The position numbers and the translations under genes were made by a program. Positions 14,152-24,910 of a stretch of DNA of 64,000 nucleotides are shown one piece after another (the first letter of the stretch is position 1; each line of letters starts with the position of its first letter). Source of the stretch: Octopus bimaculoides (Eukaryota). The notes below the pieces were generated by a model, which saw only the letters and a list, made by a program, of their open reading frames with translations, was not told where the DNA came from and made no database searches. The stretch is from positions 5,652,972 to 5,716,971 of the forward strand of contig NC_068990.1 in assembly GCF_001194135.2 (NCBI RefSeq), given 5' to 3'.

Positions 14152-14633
14152 TATATAGGGATTGACAGTAACCTGCTTCTCCAACATACTGAGAATTCAG
14201 AAATAGCAGCCAAAGAACTACTGATTCCAAAACTACAAATTTTACTCTAACTTGATAGCGATATTTTTGATACACACAGAACAAAAAAACAGTAGAGAAG
14301 AGTAAAAAGACCACTTGCCTTTAGTTAATTTAGTACGACGTTTCACAGTTAAGAGCATGGAATACTCCATTCTGATCTTCAGCTAAACTGTTTTTTGTTC
14401 TGTGTGTATCATAAATATCGCTATCAATTTAGAGTAAAATTTGTAGTTTTGGAATCAGTAGTTCTTTGGCTGCTATTTCTGAATTCTCAGTATGTTGGAG
14501 AAGCAGGTTACTGTCAATCCCTATATATTTATGATTATAAATGATTTTACCGATAAGGTTTTTTCATACTGGGCTACCCGGCAAAATTGTTAATTATTAA
14601 TTTTATTACTAATTGACGATTCCCTGCCCTGTA
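14152..14633 (-). mobile_element. MITE copy 2, interrupted by an internal inverted duplication of its own end
   Basis: 14152-14385 and about 14585-14633 are the reverse complement of copy 1 (10686-10918). The ends are TAGGGATTGAC... and ...GACGATTCCCTGCCCTGTA. The segment 14387-14537 is an inverted copy of 14142-14293. Confidence 0.75.
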
Positions 14634-15180
14634 TATCTATATGTATATTTGTATGTATGAATTCAGTGTTATTCTTATCTCCTGTAGCCGTTACTAAGTA
14701 CACCATTCTAGACGCTAAAACCGCGAGGATTAAGAGTTCTTTATCAATATGTTTAGTTACAAGACGTGAATATGTATCTTTGCGTATTTATATATGTATT
14801 AGTGCGTTTCTGTCGATGGTGAGAGGCTGGATTGATAGATTAGTGGTTGGTTGCTTAGATGTGCAGATTACAATATTTATGTAAATATATATGCGTTTAT
14901 TTATGCATACTTTCATGTAGATATATGTGAATGGAATTATGCGTATGTGAGTATACGAATACGCACACGTTTATGTATATGTATATAATATGTGTGTACG
15001 CATACGCACGTATACATGTATATAATGTATGTGTGTGAAATTATGGCTATATATTTATACGTCTTTGTGTTCAGAGATGTGTTTGTGTAAATATCAATAC
15101 GTAAGTGTTTGGGCGTGTATGTATGTTAACATGCACGTTTAGCATAATTCTCAGGCAGATAACATGAAAACTTGAAGCTA

Positions 15181-16003
15181 TGAGGTGCAGTCAAGGATTT
15201 TTCTAATTTTTTAGGAGAGGCTTTTATAAATGGATCAGATTAGTGTAATTTTAGTATATCATTGCATTACATCAAATAAACTACCCTACCAATACTTATG
15301 ATTCCAAATTGAAGAAGTCGGCTGAAACAGCACTTTGTACACACCCTACTCAGTACTGCTTGTTACAGTTGGCTAGAATTGAAGACAATTTGGAAGCTCA
15401 CTGTGGAATAAATATTTGTGTTAAACTAGTCAAAAACGCTGCAGAAACTTATGAAATGCTGCACACTGCTTATGGATTAACTTGTATAAAATAAACATGT
15501 GTTTCGTGCAGGCACGAAAAGCCAGGCAAAGCATGTCCACAGGAAAGTCCACTTTTCGGCAGCAAAGGCATCATCTATATCCACTGGATTCTTTTCGGCC
15601 CGTCGATCAACAATGTGAGCTTTGTTGGGATTTTGAAGCAGTTCAGGAAGAGAATCGTCGCAAAAGGTCAGGACACATGCACCAGACCAACTATTCCATC
15701 CTAGTAACCAAGCTACTTGAGAGAGATGGCCATCAAAACTACCCCTCACGTTCCCGATAGTCCAGACTTTGCTCCCTGTGATTTTTGGTTCGTCCCCAAG
15801 CCGAAAGATAAGATGAGAGATGCTGTGAGAAGGGTCCTGGATACCTTAACATTGGAGGACTTCTATGAGGCCTTCACGAAGTAGCTAGAGCGCTCCAAGT
15901 GCATTAGAATCAGAGGATTCTATTTTGAGGTGTTTTGTACTTCTTTGAAATTAATAAATATCTTCCCTGCAAAACTCTCAAAATTTCTGAAATTCACCCT
16001 GAA
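15181..16003 (+). mobile_element. Internally deleted mariner transposon; transposase pseudogene
   Basis: Peptides across frameshifts: NICVKLVKNAAETYEMLHTAYG (mariner N-terminal HTH), FGSKGIIYIHWI, HVPDSPDFAPCDFWFVPK (YSPDLAPxD motif) and RGFYFE at the C-terminus. Degenerate TIRs: TA-TGAGGTGCAGTCAAGGATTTT and AAAATTTCTGAAATTCACCCTGAA-TA. Confidence 0.9.
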
Positions 16004-18766
16004 TATATGTATGTATGTATGTATGTATGTGTGTGTGTATGTGTGTGTGTGTGCGAAGGTAGCGTTATTGTTATCTCTCGTAGCCACTAGTAAATACAAT
16101 ATTCCAGATGTTGAGATACCGAGGATTAAGATTCCCTAATTCAAAGTTTAGTTACAAGATGTCAATATATGCTTTGTGTACGTATCTATATATGTTCACG
16201 CTTTTGAGTGGTCGGATTAATAAAAAAAGTGAATGGTTAGTTTTGGGATGTGTGGATTAAAATAATTAGGTAATTGTATATGCGTCTATTTATGCATTTA
16301 TTTGTGTGCTTGCGTAGGTATTTATGAATGGATTTTAGTATATATGTGTATACGTATAAATGCATGGATTTAAGTGTATACGTGTACATACATGTATATA
16401 ATAATGATGAAGACTGGAGAGTTATGCATTTTCAAAATATATTTATCAAAAAGCATTTTCTTCATATTACATTCCGACACGTGCTTCTACGGAATAAACG
16501 TCTTAGGGCTCTTTGATATAATAGACTCGACAATCCTATGCAATCATTTACAAGGCTGAGAATCCTATAGAGTTTTATTTAAGGTGTTTCTCACACGGAT
16601 GGATGAAACGTAGCCAAGTCTGTATTTTATCAGAGTGCTCGAAAGGTACCTACCAGGATTTAAAACCCCTATATATATGCGTATGTTTGAAAGCGTATAT
16701 AAGTCTATGCATCTATATATCTGCAGATGTGTGTGTATATGTGTATATANNNNNNNNNNNNNNNNNNNNNNNNNNNNNNNNNNNNNNNNNNNNNNNNNNN
16801 NNNNNNNNNNNNNNNNNNNNNNNNNNNNNNNNNNNNNNNNNNNNNNNNNNNNNNNNTGTATATATATATGTATACGTATGTATGTATATATGTATATGTA
16901 TATATATATTTATGTATTTCAATATACATGTGTGTGTATGTGTGCGTCTGTGTGCTCGAAACCATGCTCTTAAGAAGCAAACTTCTTAACACTCAGCCAA
17001 GTCCGCATGCATTCATACACGTGCGTATTCACACGAAAGAGCAGAGCACTTAATATATTACGTAAAATTTTGAGTAGTAAGTGAACAGTTGGTAACCCGA
17101 ATGGCCTTTACTTAAAGTTTCATAAGCAATAAAATAAGCGTCTAATGAATCAATAACTACTAGGAACAGATACTTGACGAATAAATACTCGTATTCGAAG
17201 GTGATAACTAATTGATTAGATGCGTGCTTTTGTACCATTCAAATTGCTAGTAATAGACGATTGAGTCATTTCACAATTCAAAACACGCACACACGCACAC
17301 ACACAAACACACATATACACACACCCATACATGTGCATGGAACGCTCAATTCAAATTTTTAAGGATTTCTGTGGTCTCTACACGTCTGTTCTAGTATGTT
17401 CTTCTTCTGTCAACTTGCGGCGGACTTATCTTTATGAATTTTCAAATCATAATCAAACGAAATAATCTTTAGGTGGTGGCGGATGCTTCACAAGGTGACA
17501 TCATTCCACATTTATGTCTTTCAACACCAATTGAACCTGATGCAACTGTACACTACATGAGTACTCTGTTGATTGTGTTATTTCCTTTGCCTTTAAACTC
17601 AGCTATATCTTGGCTGCTTGTTGATGTGTCGGATACTCCTGTACCTATTGATTACATTGACTCAATTACTTCACTGGTAATTTATTTTATCAACCACGGA
17701 ATAATGGAAAGCAAAATTAATCCTCATTACATGGGTAGTATGTGATTGTCTCCCTTTGGAATTCCCTCTTTCCTAGATAAGTAATTGAATCCGGTATATA
17801 TCTGCAGCTAAGTGGGCTTAATGAATTTGACCTACCGATTTTCATACCGCAGTTGTGGTTTTTGCCTCGATGGATAACTAGAAAGTACTTGAAGATTATA
17901 TCCGGATAATAACCAGGTGAAACGCAGAAGCTACTTCAAAATATATTTGACTTTACGACCGAACATAACAAACTGTTTTCTTATTCTTTTATTAATTTTA
18001 TCTAATGGGGTGTGCGTAATCACGCTGCACACATCCTCAAGCAATTCTGGCTCGGTTTTTTACATCTGGAATAGGCAGTAATAAGTAAACGTTCTATCCG
18101 TAAAGATGCTAGTTTATTACGGTTTTTATTGCTGTAGGAAGAATTGAATGCAATGCTTTCAGCCAAAGTATCACACATCGACTTTACAGTGTCCATTCAG
18201 TATATAACTGTGACAACTAAACACATTGGCCATAGATAAATTGCTGACTCAGTGATAGGATATGACTTTGTCGATTGGCTGACCAATACATTACTGATTC
18301 AAAATGATTTGATTTGATAATGAACGTGTTACCCACCTACTTTTTAAATGTCAGAAATTCTCTTTCAAAATCCTTAATTTTATCAAGGTATATATCACAT
18401 TAATATGGTGGTGTTCGTATTCAGTATCGAATAATCGCTACTTGAATATGATATGTGTGTGTGGGAAGAGCTGGATAGTTCTCTGTGTGTATGAATATGA
18501 GTGTATGTGTGTGTGGATGGATGGTTCTGTGTGTGTAGAATTTCCAATAAAATCAATATTTTTTATCATCTAATTATTTTGATAGTATTTTAAAAGTTGA
18601 TTTAATTGAAATAAACAGAACATTTTATACTTCTGTTTTATATTTCTATTTGGAGAGAAAAGCCTGAATCTAAATAATTGAAAAACAAATTCTAAATTAA
18701 ACAATAAGGAATCATTGTAATGAAACAAATTGGATAAGCATAAAACATTTAACAACATATATAATA

Positions 18767-18799
<33 letters not shown>

Positions 18800-19230
18800 N
18801 NNNNNNNNNNNNNNNNNNNNNNNNNNNNNNNNNNNNNNNNNNNNNNNNNNNNNNNNNNNNNNNNNNNNNNNNNNNNNNNNNNNNNNNNNNNNNNNNNNNN
18901 NNNNNNNNNNNNNNNNNNNNNNNNNNNNNNNNNNNNNNNNNNNNNNNNNNNNNNNNNNNNNNNNNNNNNNNNNNNNNNNNNNNNNNNNNNNNNNNNNNNN
19001 NNNNNNNNNNNNNNNNNNNNNNNNNNNNNNNNNNNNNNNNNNNNNNNNNNNNNNNNNNNNNNNNNNNNNNNNNNNNNNNNNNNNNNNNNNNNNNNNNNNN
19101 NNNNNNNNNNNNNNNNNNNNNNNNNNNNNNNNNNNNNNNNNNNNNNNNNNNNNNNNNNNNNNNNNNNNNNNNNNNNNNNNNNNNNNNNNNNNNNNNNNNN
19201 NNNNNNNNNNNNNNNNNNNNNNNNNNNNNN

Positions 19231-19269
<39 letters not shown>

Positions 19270-19939
19270 TTATTTATCAAAACAATTATTATATTTAAAT
19301 AAATCTTTCGTGAAAAGAGGGTATCAATTGAAGCAGTCATAAAATAGCTTATTAACAGTTAATTGGGGGCGCGTCATAATAACAGAAAAAAATGCGATAA
19401 AGTAAAAAAAAAAAAATAGCATAAACCAAAATGAATATTTCTAAATGAAAATGGATTGTCTCATACTTAAGTGAGAAATCTATTATAGATATACAGAGTA
19501 CTGTGCTAGCATTTAATAGCGATAAAAGACAACATCAATCACAACAAATTAATAATGTATGAAATATTCTCATTGTTCTCTATAATATTCAGGTAGTTTT
19601 CTAATTATTTCTGCATCAATATTTCTGGCGCCACATAAACTAACCTCTTTCTTTTTCTGTTTCATTATATATATAATTATTATTTTCCTGCTTACATATA
19701 GTGGCTGTGATAATTTATATCTGCTGCTAACGTAGTTTATGATTTCTGGACTATTAATTTCATCTCTTGGTTTTCCGGTTCTCTCTCATTGAGCTTAGCT
19801 TCGATCAGTTAAGGTTCTATAAGTGGTTATATTGCAACTCCTATGCATATATATTTGGTTGAATTTGACCTCAGAAATATTACTTTTTGTAGTCAATTAG
19901 GTGGAGGTATAGTTATGCAGTTAAAAATTTTTTTGTTTT

Positions 19940-20320
19940 GCATTCACGCAAGTTTTGGTTTCTGTTCCAATGAGCACCATCTTGAGTCTTCCAATATAGC
20001 TTCGAGTCGACTAATGATTGTAAGTGAATTTGGTAACGGAATCTGTGTAGAATTCCGTCGAATATGTATGTCTGTGTGGAAATGTGTGTGCGTGCGTGTG
20101 TATTTATGCATATCTGTCTGCCATTCTATTTGTCCCCACACAACTTGACAACCACTGTTCATTTTTAATGTCCTCGTATTAAAGCAAAATAACTTGACAA
20201 AATAAGTAACGTATTTAAAAGAAAAAAAAGCAGTTAGTCGGGGCCGAGTTGTTTGACTATTCCTATAAGGAGTTGCTCCAACATAGCTGCAGTCTAAAAG
20301 TTGAAACAAGTAAAAGATTA
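19940..20320 (+). mobile_element. Highly diverged bipartite SINE with internal TG tract
   Basis: 5' part GCTTCGAGTCGACTAATGATTGTAAGTGAATTTGGTAACGGAA; 3' part GGAGTTGCTCCAACATAGCTGCAGTC...GAAACAAGTAAAAGA. Same architecture as 28678-29092. Confidence 0.65.
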
Positions 20321-20574
20321 TTTGTATAAATGAAGAAATAAATACGATGGGTCGTTCCTTATCTAAGTAAGGGGTTGTTTAGAGAAGTAGTTGACAGCTG
20401 CTTTTAGTTTGTCAAGTGACTGCAGTTTTTCAATGATAAAGAGACGCAAATGCACTTTTCTACAAGAACTTCCGACTCTAATTCCGAATCTGGATTTACC
20501 ACTTTCAGTTCACATTCCATTTTTTAAATTTAGACACCTTTGTTTTATTTCTAGGTGGCAGTCTAAGGAACTTT

Positions 20575-20840
20575 GAAGAGGATACATATATATTCCTTTT
20601 AGCTTTCACTTGTTTCAGCCAGTGGATTGCGACCATGCTGGGGTACCGTGTTGAAGGTTTTAGTCGAACAAATCAACCACAAACCGTTTTTTCTTTTTTT
20701 TCAGTCTAGTACTTATTCTATCGGTCTCCTTTTGCCGAGCCCTTAGATTGCCGTGCCTCTAGATTACGGGAACGTAAACAAAACAAAAATGGTTGTCAAG
20801 CAGTGGTGAAGTGGAGTACAAACACACAAAGATACATACA
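20575..20840 (-). mobile_element. SINE 3' half (bipartite family)
   Basis: CACTTGTTTCAGCCAGTGGATTGCGACCATGCTGGGGTACCGTGTTGAAGGTTTTAGTCGAACAAATC...AGTACTTATTCTATCGGTCTC is the reverse complement of 28870-29092. Confidence 0.85.
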
Positions 20841-20884
20841 CATGAATATATGTGTGTATGTGTGTGAGTGTCTACAATACATGC

Positions 20885-20972
<88 letters not shown>

Positions 20973-21495
20973 ATGTATGTATGTATGTACGTATGTATGT
21001 ATGTATGTAAATGTAAGAAATCAGCGTATGATTTCTACGGTGATCTTATAAGCTGGCAAGGCGAGTTGAGTTTAATCCTAGGCGCCGGTGTGTGCCACTG
21101 ACGATCATTAATGTAAATGCAAAATCACTGGTCATCTGGCTATGACCGGTGCTTAGGGAGCTTGCCTCCCTTGTCAGTAAATGAGATGGTGCGTTATTGT
21201 GGATATAAGTTGTTTTTGACTCTTATTTCTAGTAATACTGGTGCTGAATAGCGCCCTCAGTCGCTTTAGTGACGTATATATTTTTGCCTCTCGGTTTAAA
21301 AATTGCCAACAAGCCACCCTTATTATTTATATGTATCAATACACTACCCAGTGTACAGACAAGCTAGCCTATCATTTGGGATATCCCAGCAAAAAGCTGT
21401 AAGACTTCTAATTAACCTTACCCTAACTAAATAATTCTAAATGACTTGCAATACTCGTCTTGCCTTAGTTTTCGTTGTCCTTTTCCTCTAAAATA

Positions 21496-21497
<2 letters not shown>

Positions 21498-21567
<70 letters not shown>

Positions 21568-21613
21568 GCAGGCAGGCAGGCAGGCGGGAAAACAGACAGA
21601 CAGACAGACAGAC

Positions 21614-21667
<54 letters not shown>
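21498..21667. repeat. Compound (GATA)n-(GACA)n-(GGCA)n-(GACA)n-(GATA)n microsatellite
   Basis: Directly visible tetranucleotide tracts arranged symmetrically. Confidence 0.95.
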
Positions 21668-21668
<1 letters not shown>

Positions 21669-22167
21669 GTCTATGTTTTGATTCCAGAATACCTGATATT
21701 GAACTTGAATAGGATAGGTTAAATATCGCAAATATCCCAGTGAAATCTCCATTTTTATCAGTAAACAGCACTAAAATTTTCAGAAAGAATAAATTCCGTC
21801 TGACCAATGCAAAAATGCAAAAAAATGGTCTTGAAAATGATAATAATGAAATCAAATGCAATATGGGTGTTATGCAACAGCCTATATCTTTGGAAGCCAA
21901 ACTCTGCTTTTCGATTCCATTTCAAAGGGACGTAAAATTCCTAAGAAGTTAACATTTGAATCTATTTGAAATCATGTCAAACGTTTAACTCAGGGCTGTA
22001 TTTTATCAAAAAAAATTTTGGGGGATACCACCGAGATTTAGTTTCCTGCTAAAACTCCTTTAATTTTTGCGATGTAATTATATTTGATATTAGTAATGAT
22101 TATATTCGATGATATTTTCACAATATACGTTTGGAAAGAAAGTAACTGAATTTTATTTCTTCCATAA

Positions 22168-22383
22168 ATATATTCTTTTCTACTCTAGGTACAAGGCCCG
22201 AAATTTTGGGGGAGGGGCCAATCGATTGGATCGACCCCAGTACGCAACTGGTACTTAGTTTATCGATCCCGAAAGGATGAAAGACAAAGTCGACCTCGGT
22301 GGAATTTGGACTCAAAACGTAAAGACAGATGAAATACCGCTAAGCATTTCGCCCGGCGTGCTAACGTTTCGGCCAGCTCGACA
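22168..22383 (-). mobile_element. Near-full-length tRNA-derived SINE
   Basis: Reverse complement of the 12181-12400 family and well preserved (GCTAAGCATTTCGCCCGGCGTGCTAACG). Confidence 0.9.
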
Positions 22384-23029
22384 TCATCTTCCATAAATGT
22401 ACTAAACTCGAATGATTCCATACAACGCGCCTTTCTACAAACAATGAAAATAGCAGTGCTTGGTAAATTTCCTTGTATGTTTATTAGAATAGCAATAAAC
22501 TTTCCCATCACCACAATGCTTCTTGGTGACGATGTATTTGAATTGCATTAAAAAGATCTCCATCTTAGCATAATATACTTTTAAATGTAGTAAATGGGAG
22601 ATGAACAGAGAGAGTTTTAAATTTCCATTATGCAATAAAACAGCTTTTAAATTTCGTACTGATTATTCTATAAAAGTTATCCCCGTTTACTTACAACATC
22701 CTTTTCAGATAAACTTGCAAAAATCCTTTTAATGTCATGACAACAATGAGAGAATCATTCACTTTGAAAGAAACTGCAAAGTCAAAATTTCACTTTGTCT
22801 AGCACCTTGCAATTAGATTTTCGTTATGCAACTGGCATTAAAATTAGAGACGAGTTCTACATTATCTTTTAATGGTTCCAGATCCTTCAGAAAATAATTG
22901 ACTGTCATCTCATTTCTGGTTCATATTCAGATACCGAGAAATTTTCACAGGCACCGTCAGGTTTGTATGTATATATGTATGTGTGTATGTATGTATATAT
23001 GTATGTATGTATGTATGTATGTAAATATA

Positions 23030-23235
23030 TTTCGTTTTTGTATTTGGTTTCCAAGATTCTTTAAGTGAATTCGTGTGTTGAAGCATATTTTATTGTGTCT
23101 GGGGAGAGTCATTTTCTTTTAGTGCCTTATTAATTCAACTCACTCACTCATTTAGTAGAAATAAATAAGTAAATGAGTGGAAATCACACTGGTGAGCGTG
23201 TTAAATTAATAAGGCACTAAAAGCGACACAATAAT
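23030..23235. mobile_element. Probable Penelope-like terminal-repeat fragment with partial inverted copy
   Basis: TTTTAGTGCCTTATTAATT (23117-23135) is inverted at 23204-23222, and TATTGTGTC at 23091 pairs with GACACAATA at 23225. 23160-23222 is homologous (reverse strand) to 58420-58480. The PLE assignment is inference. Confidence 0.5.
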
Positions 23236-23875
23236 ATATATATATATACATATATATGTATTTATATATATTAAGTACAGTAAGATTATCTTACTATGTA
23301 TTGTTAGAATTAAGTGTTCCTTTAAAAAAAGTATCTAATTGGACTCGCACATTCAATCACTGCTTCTATTCGTCTCAAAAATAGGCTTAATTACTTTCAT
23401 CATAACATAGATATGGACGAAGTTGCAAATGCTGATAGTGCTTGTGAGCATTTGTCAGATTCCAAATATTAAGCCAGAAGCGAGCATACAGTCACTTATT
23501 TTCACGTAAGGACATTTGAACAATTCTTTGCGGGTTTGGATCTGCTAAGAGATAATGCAGTACTCGCCTCTGATTTTAATACCAACTAAAATCTTACTCG
23601 AGTTTCTTAAGAAGGTTGATTATTTCAAAGTGGATGGTCCTTCCTCGGGATTGTCATAACACTAACAGCCTTTTGTCAAATTTACCTAGAAGGGTCATAT
23701 TCTGTTTTCAAACCCCGGTATGGTCAAATTTACCGTTCATCCCTACAAGTCCAGGTGGAATTTCACTGACTCAACCCTTTCTCTAAATTTCGGTCTTTGT
23801 ACCTACGTTAGAAATAATTATAATTCTCCAACACGGCTGCAGCTATGTTATAGGTACAAAAATAAAAGTGTATGC

Positions 23876-23924
<49 letters not shown>

Positions 23925-23925
23925 T

Positions 23926-24220
23926 GCAGGGTGCCATGGATAGTTTCTAATTTCGCGCGTGCGCATGTTTGTTTTGGATTTTGTCGCCTACACCGTATAG
24001 TAGGGTCAGTTGGGCACCGTCTGTGAGAAAATCATCACTATAATGCATTTCACTCTGCCATGTACTGCTTCCCAATCGCGCCAGAACCTCCTATGCAAAC
24101 ATTTCAGAGTGTATGGGTGTCAATCTGAGGACATGTACCGAGAGGGATAAAACTCAAACATCCAGTCAACATCAAAGTGTTCGGAGTGATCACTAGTGAT
24201 GGCGCATTACGCCTCCCTTC
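23926..24220 (+). mobile_element. Internally deleted Tc1/mariner DD37D (maT-like) element remnant
   Basis: Starts at a CAGGGTG terminus after (TA)n. Peptides ANISECMGVNLRT (N-terminal HTH) and KLKHPVNIKVFGVITSDG match the maT-type KHPxxxMVxGxxxSDG motif. Confidence 0.75.
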
Positions 24221-24221
24221 A

Positions 24222-24253
<32 letters not shown>

Positions 24254-24311
24254 CCTCTATCTCTTGGAGCGTGTCATTTACCTCTCCACTCTATTATACT
24301 ATATATATAGT

Positions 24312-24314
<3 letters not shown>

Positions 24315-24382
<68 letters not shown>

Positions 24383-24388
24383 GGATTA

Positions 24389-24452
<64 letters not shown>

Positions 24453-24480
24453 ACTATTATTATTATTACTATTATCATTA
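24315..24480. repeat. (AAT)n immediately followed by (ATT)n
   Basis: AAT tract at about 24315-24382, a very short spacer, then an ATT tract at about 24385-24445. Confidence 0.95.
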
Positions 24481-24483
24481 TTA

Positions 24484-24564
24484 ATGAGTGAGAGAGCAGC
24501 GCATGCCATCAATGTGACACTGGGGTAAAATATACGAAGCCCAATATACCCATCATGACTACAG
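24484..24564. mobile_element. Interspersed repeat fragment running into an assembly gap
   Basis: GAGTGAGAGAGCAGCGCATGCCATCAATGTGACACTGGGGTAAAATATACGAAGCCC is GC-richer, is preceded by (ATT)n, and resembles a common octopus repeat as I recall it (not searched). Confidence 0.5.
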
Positions 24565-24661
24565 NNNNNNNNNNNNNNNNNNNNNNNNNNNNNNNNNNNN
24601 NNNNNNNNNNNNNNNNNNNNNNNNNNNNNNNNNNNNNNNNNNNNNNATATATATATATATA

Positions 24662-24826
24662 TACGGGAGAATTTACGAAAAAAACAACAGACGAGGACAG
24701 GTGGTGTAAACAACAAAAGGATGTATTAGTTTAACGCTCGGGAATAGAGAAAGTCTTTAACGTTCCGAGCTACGCTCTTCAACAGAAAGAATACGGAGAA
24801 AACAAGGAGAAAGACATATATACAGA
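24662..24826 (-). mobile_element. Penelope-like pLTR fragment with minimal hammerhead-type motif
   Basis: The minus strand reads TTGAAGAGCGTAGCTCGGAACGTT, two substitutions from the CTGANGA..GAAAC core; flanked by (TA)n and (GATA)n. Confidence 0.55.
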
Positions 24827-24845
24827 GAGAGACAGACAGTCAGAC

Positions 24846-24910
<65 letters not shown>

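Noticed and set aside
14461-14485. TTGGCTGCTATTTCT shared between the MITE arm and SINE tails (about 6202)
   Set aside because: A single 15-mer with no flanking homology; chance or ancient capture cannot be distinguished.
14142-14537. Reading the 150-bp palindrome as a simple long-TIR MITE
   Set aside because: The second copy at 10686-10918 shows the element continues to about 14633, and the inverted arm appears to include flank; it is better explained as a secondary inverted duplication.
21095-21160. Intact hammerhead or twister ribozyme in the structured segment
   Set aside because: CTGACGA is present, but there is no properly placed GAAA and no stem I pairing; twister core spacing also does not fit.
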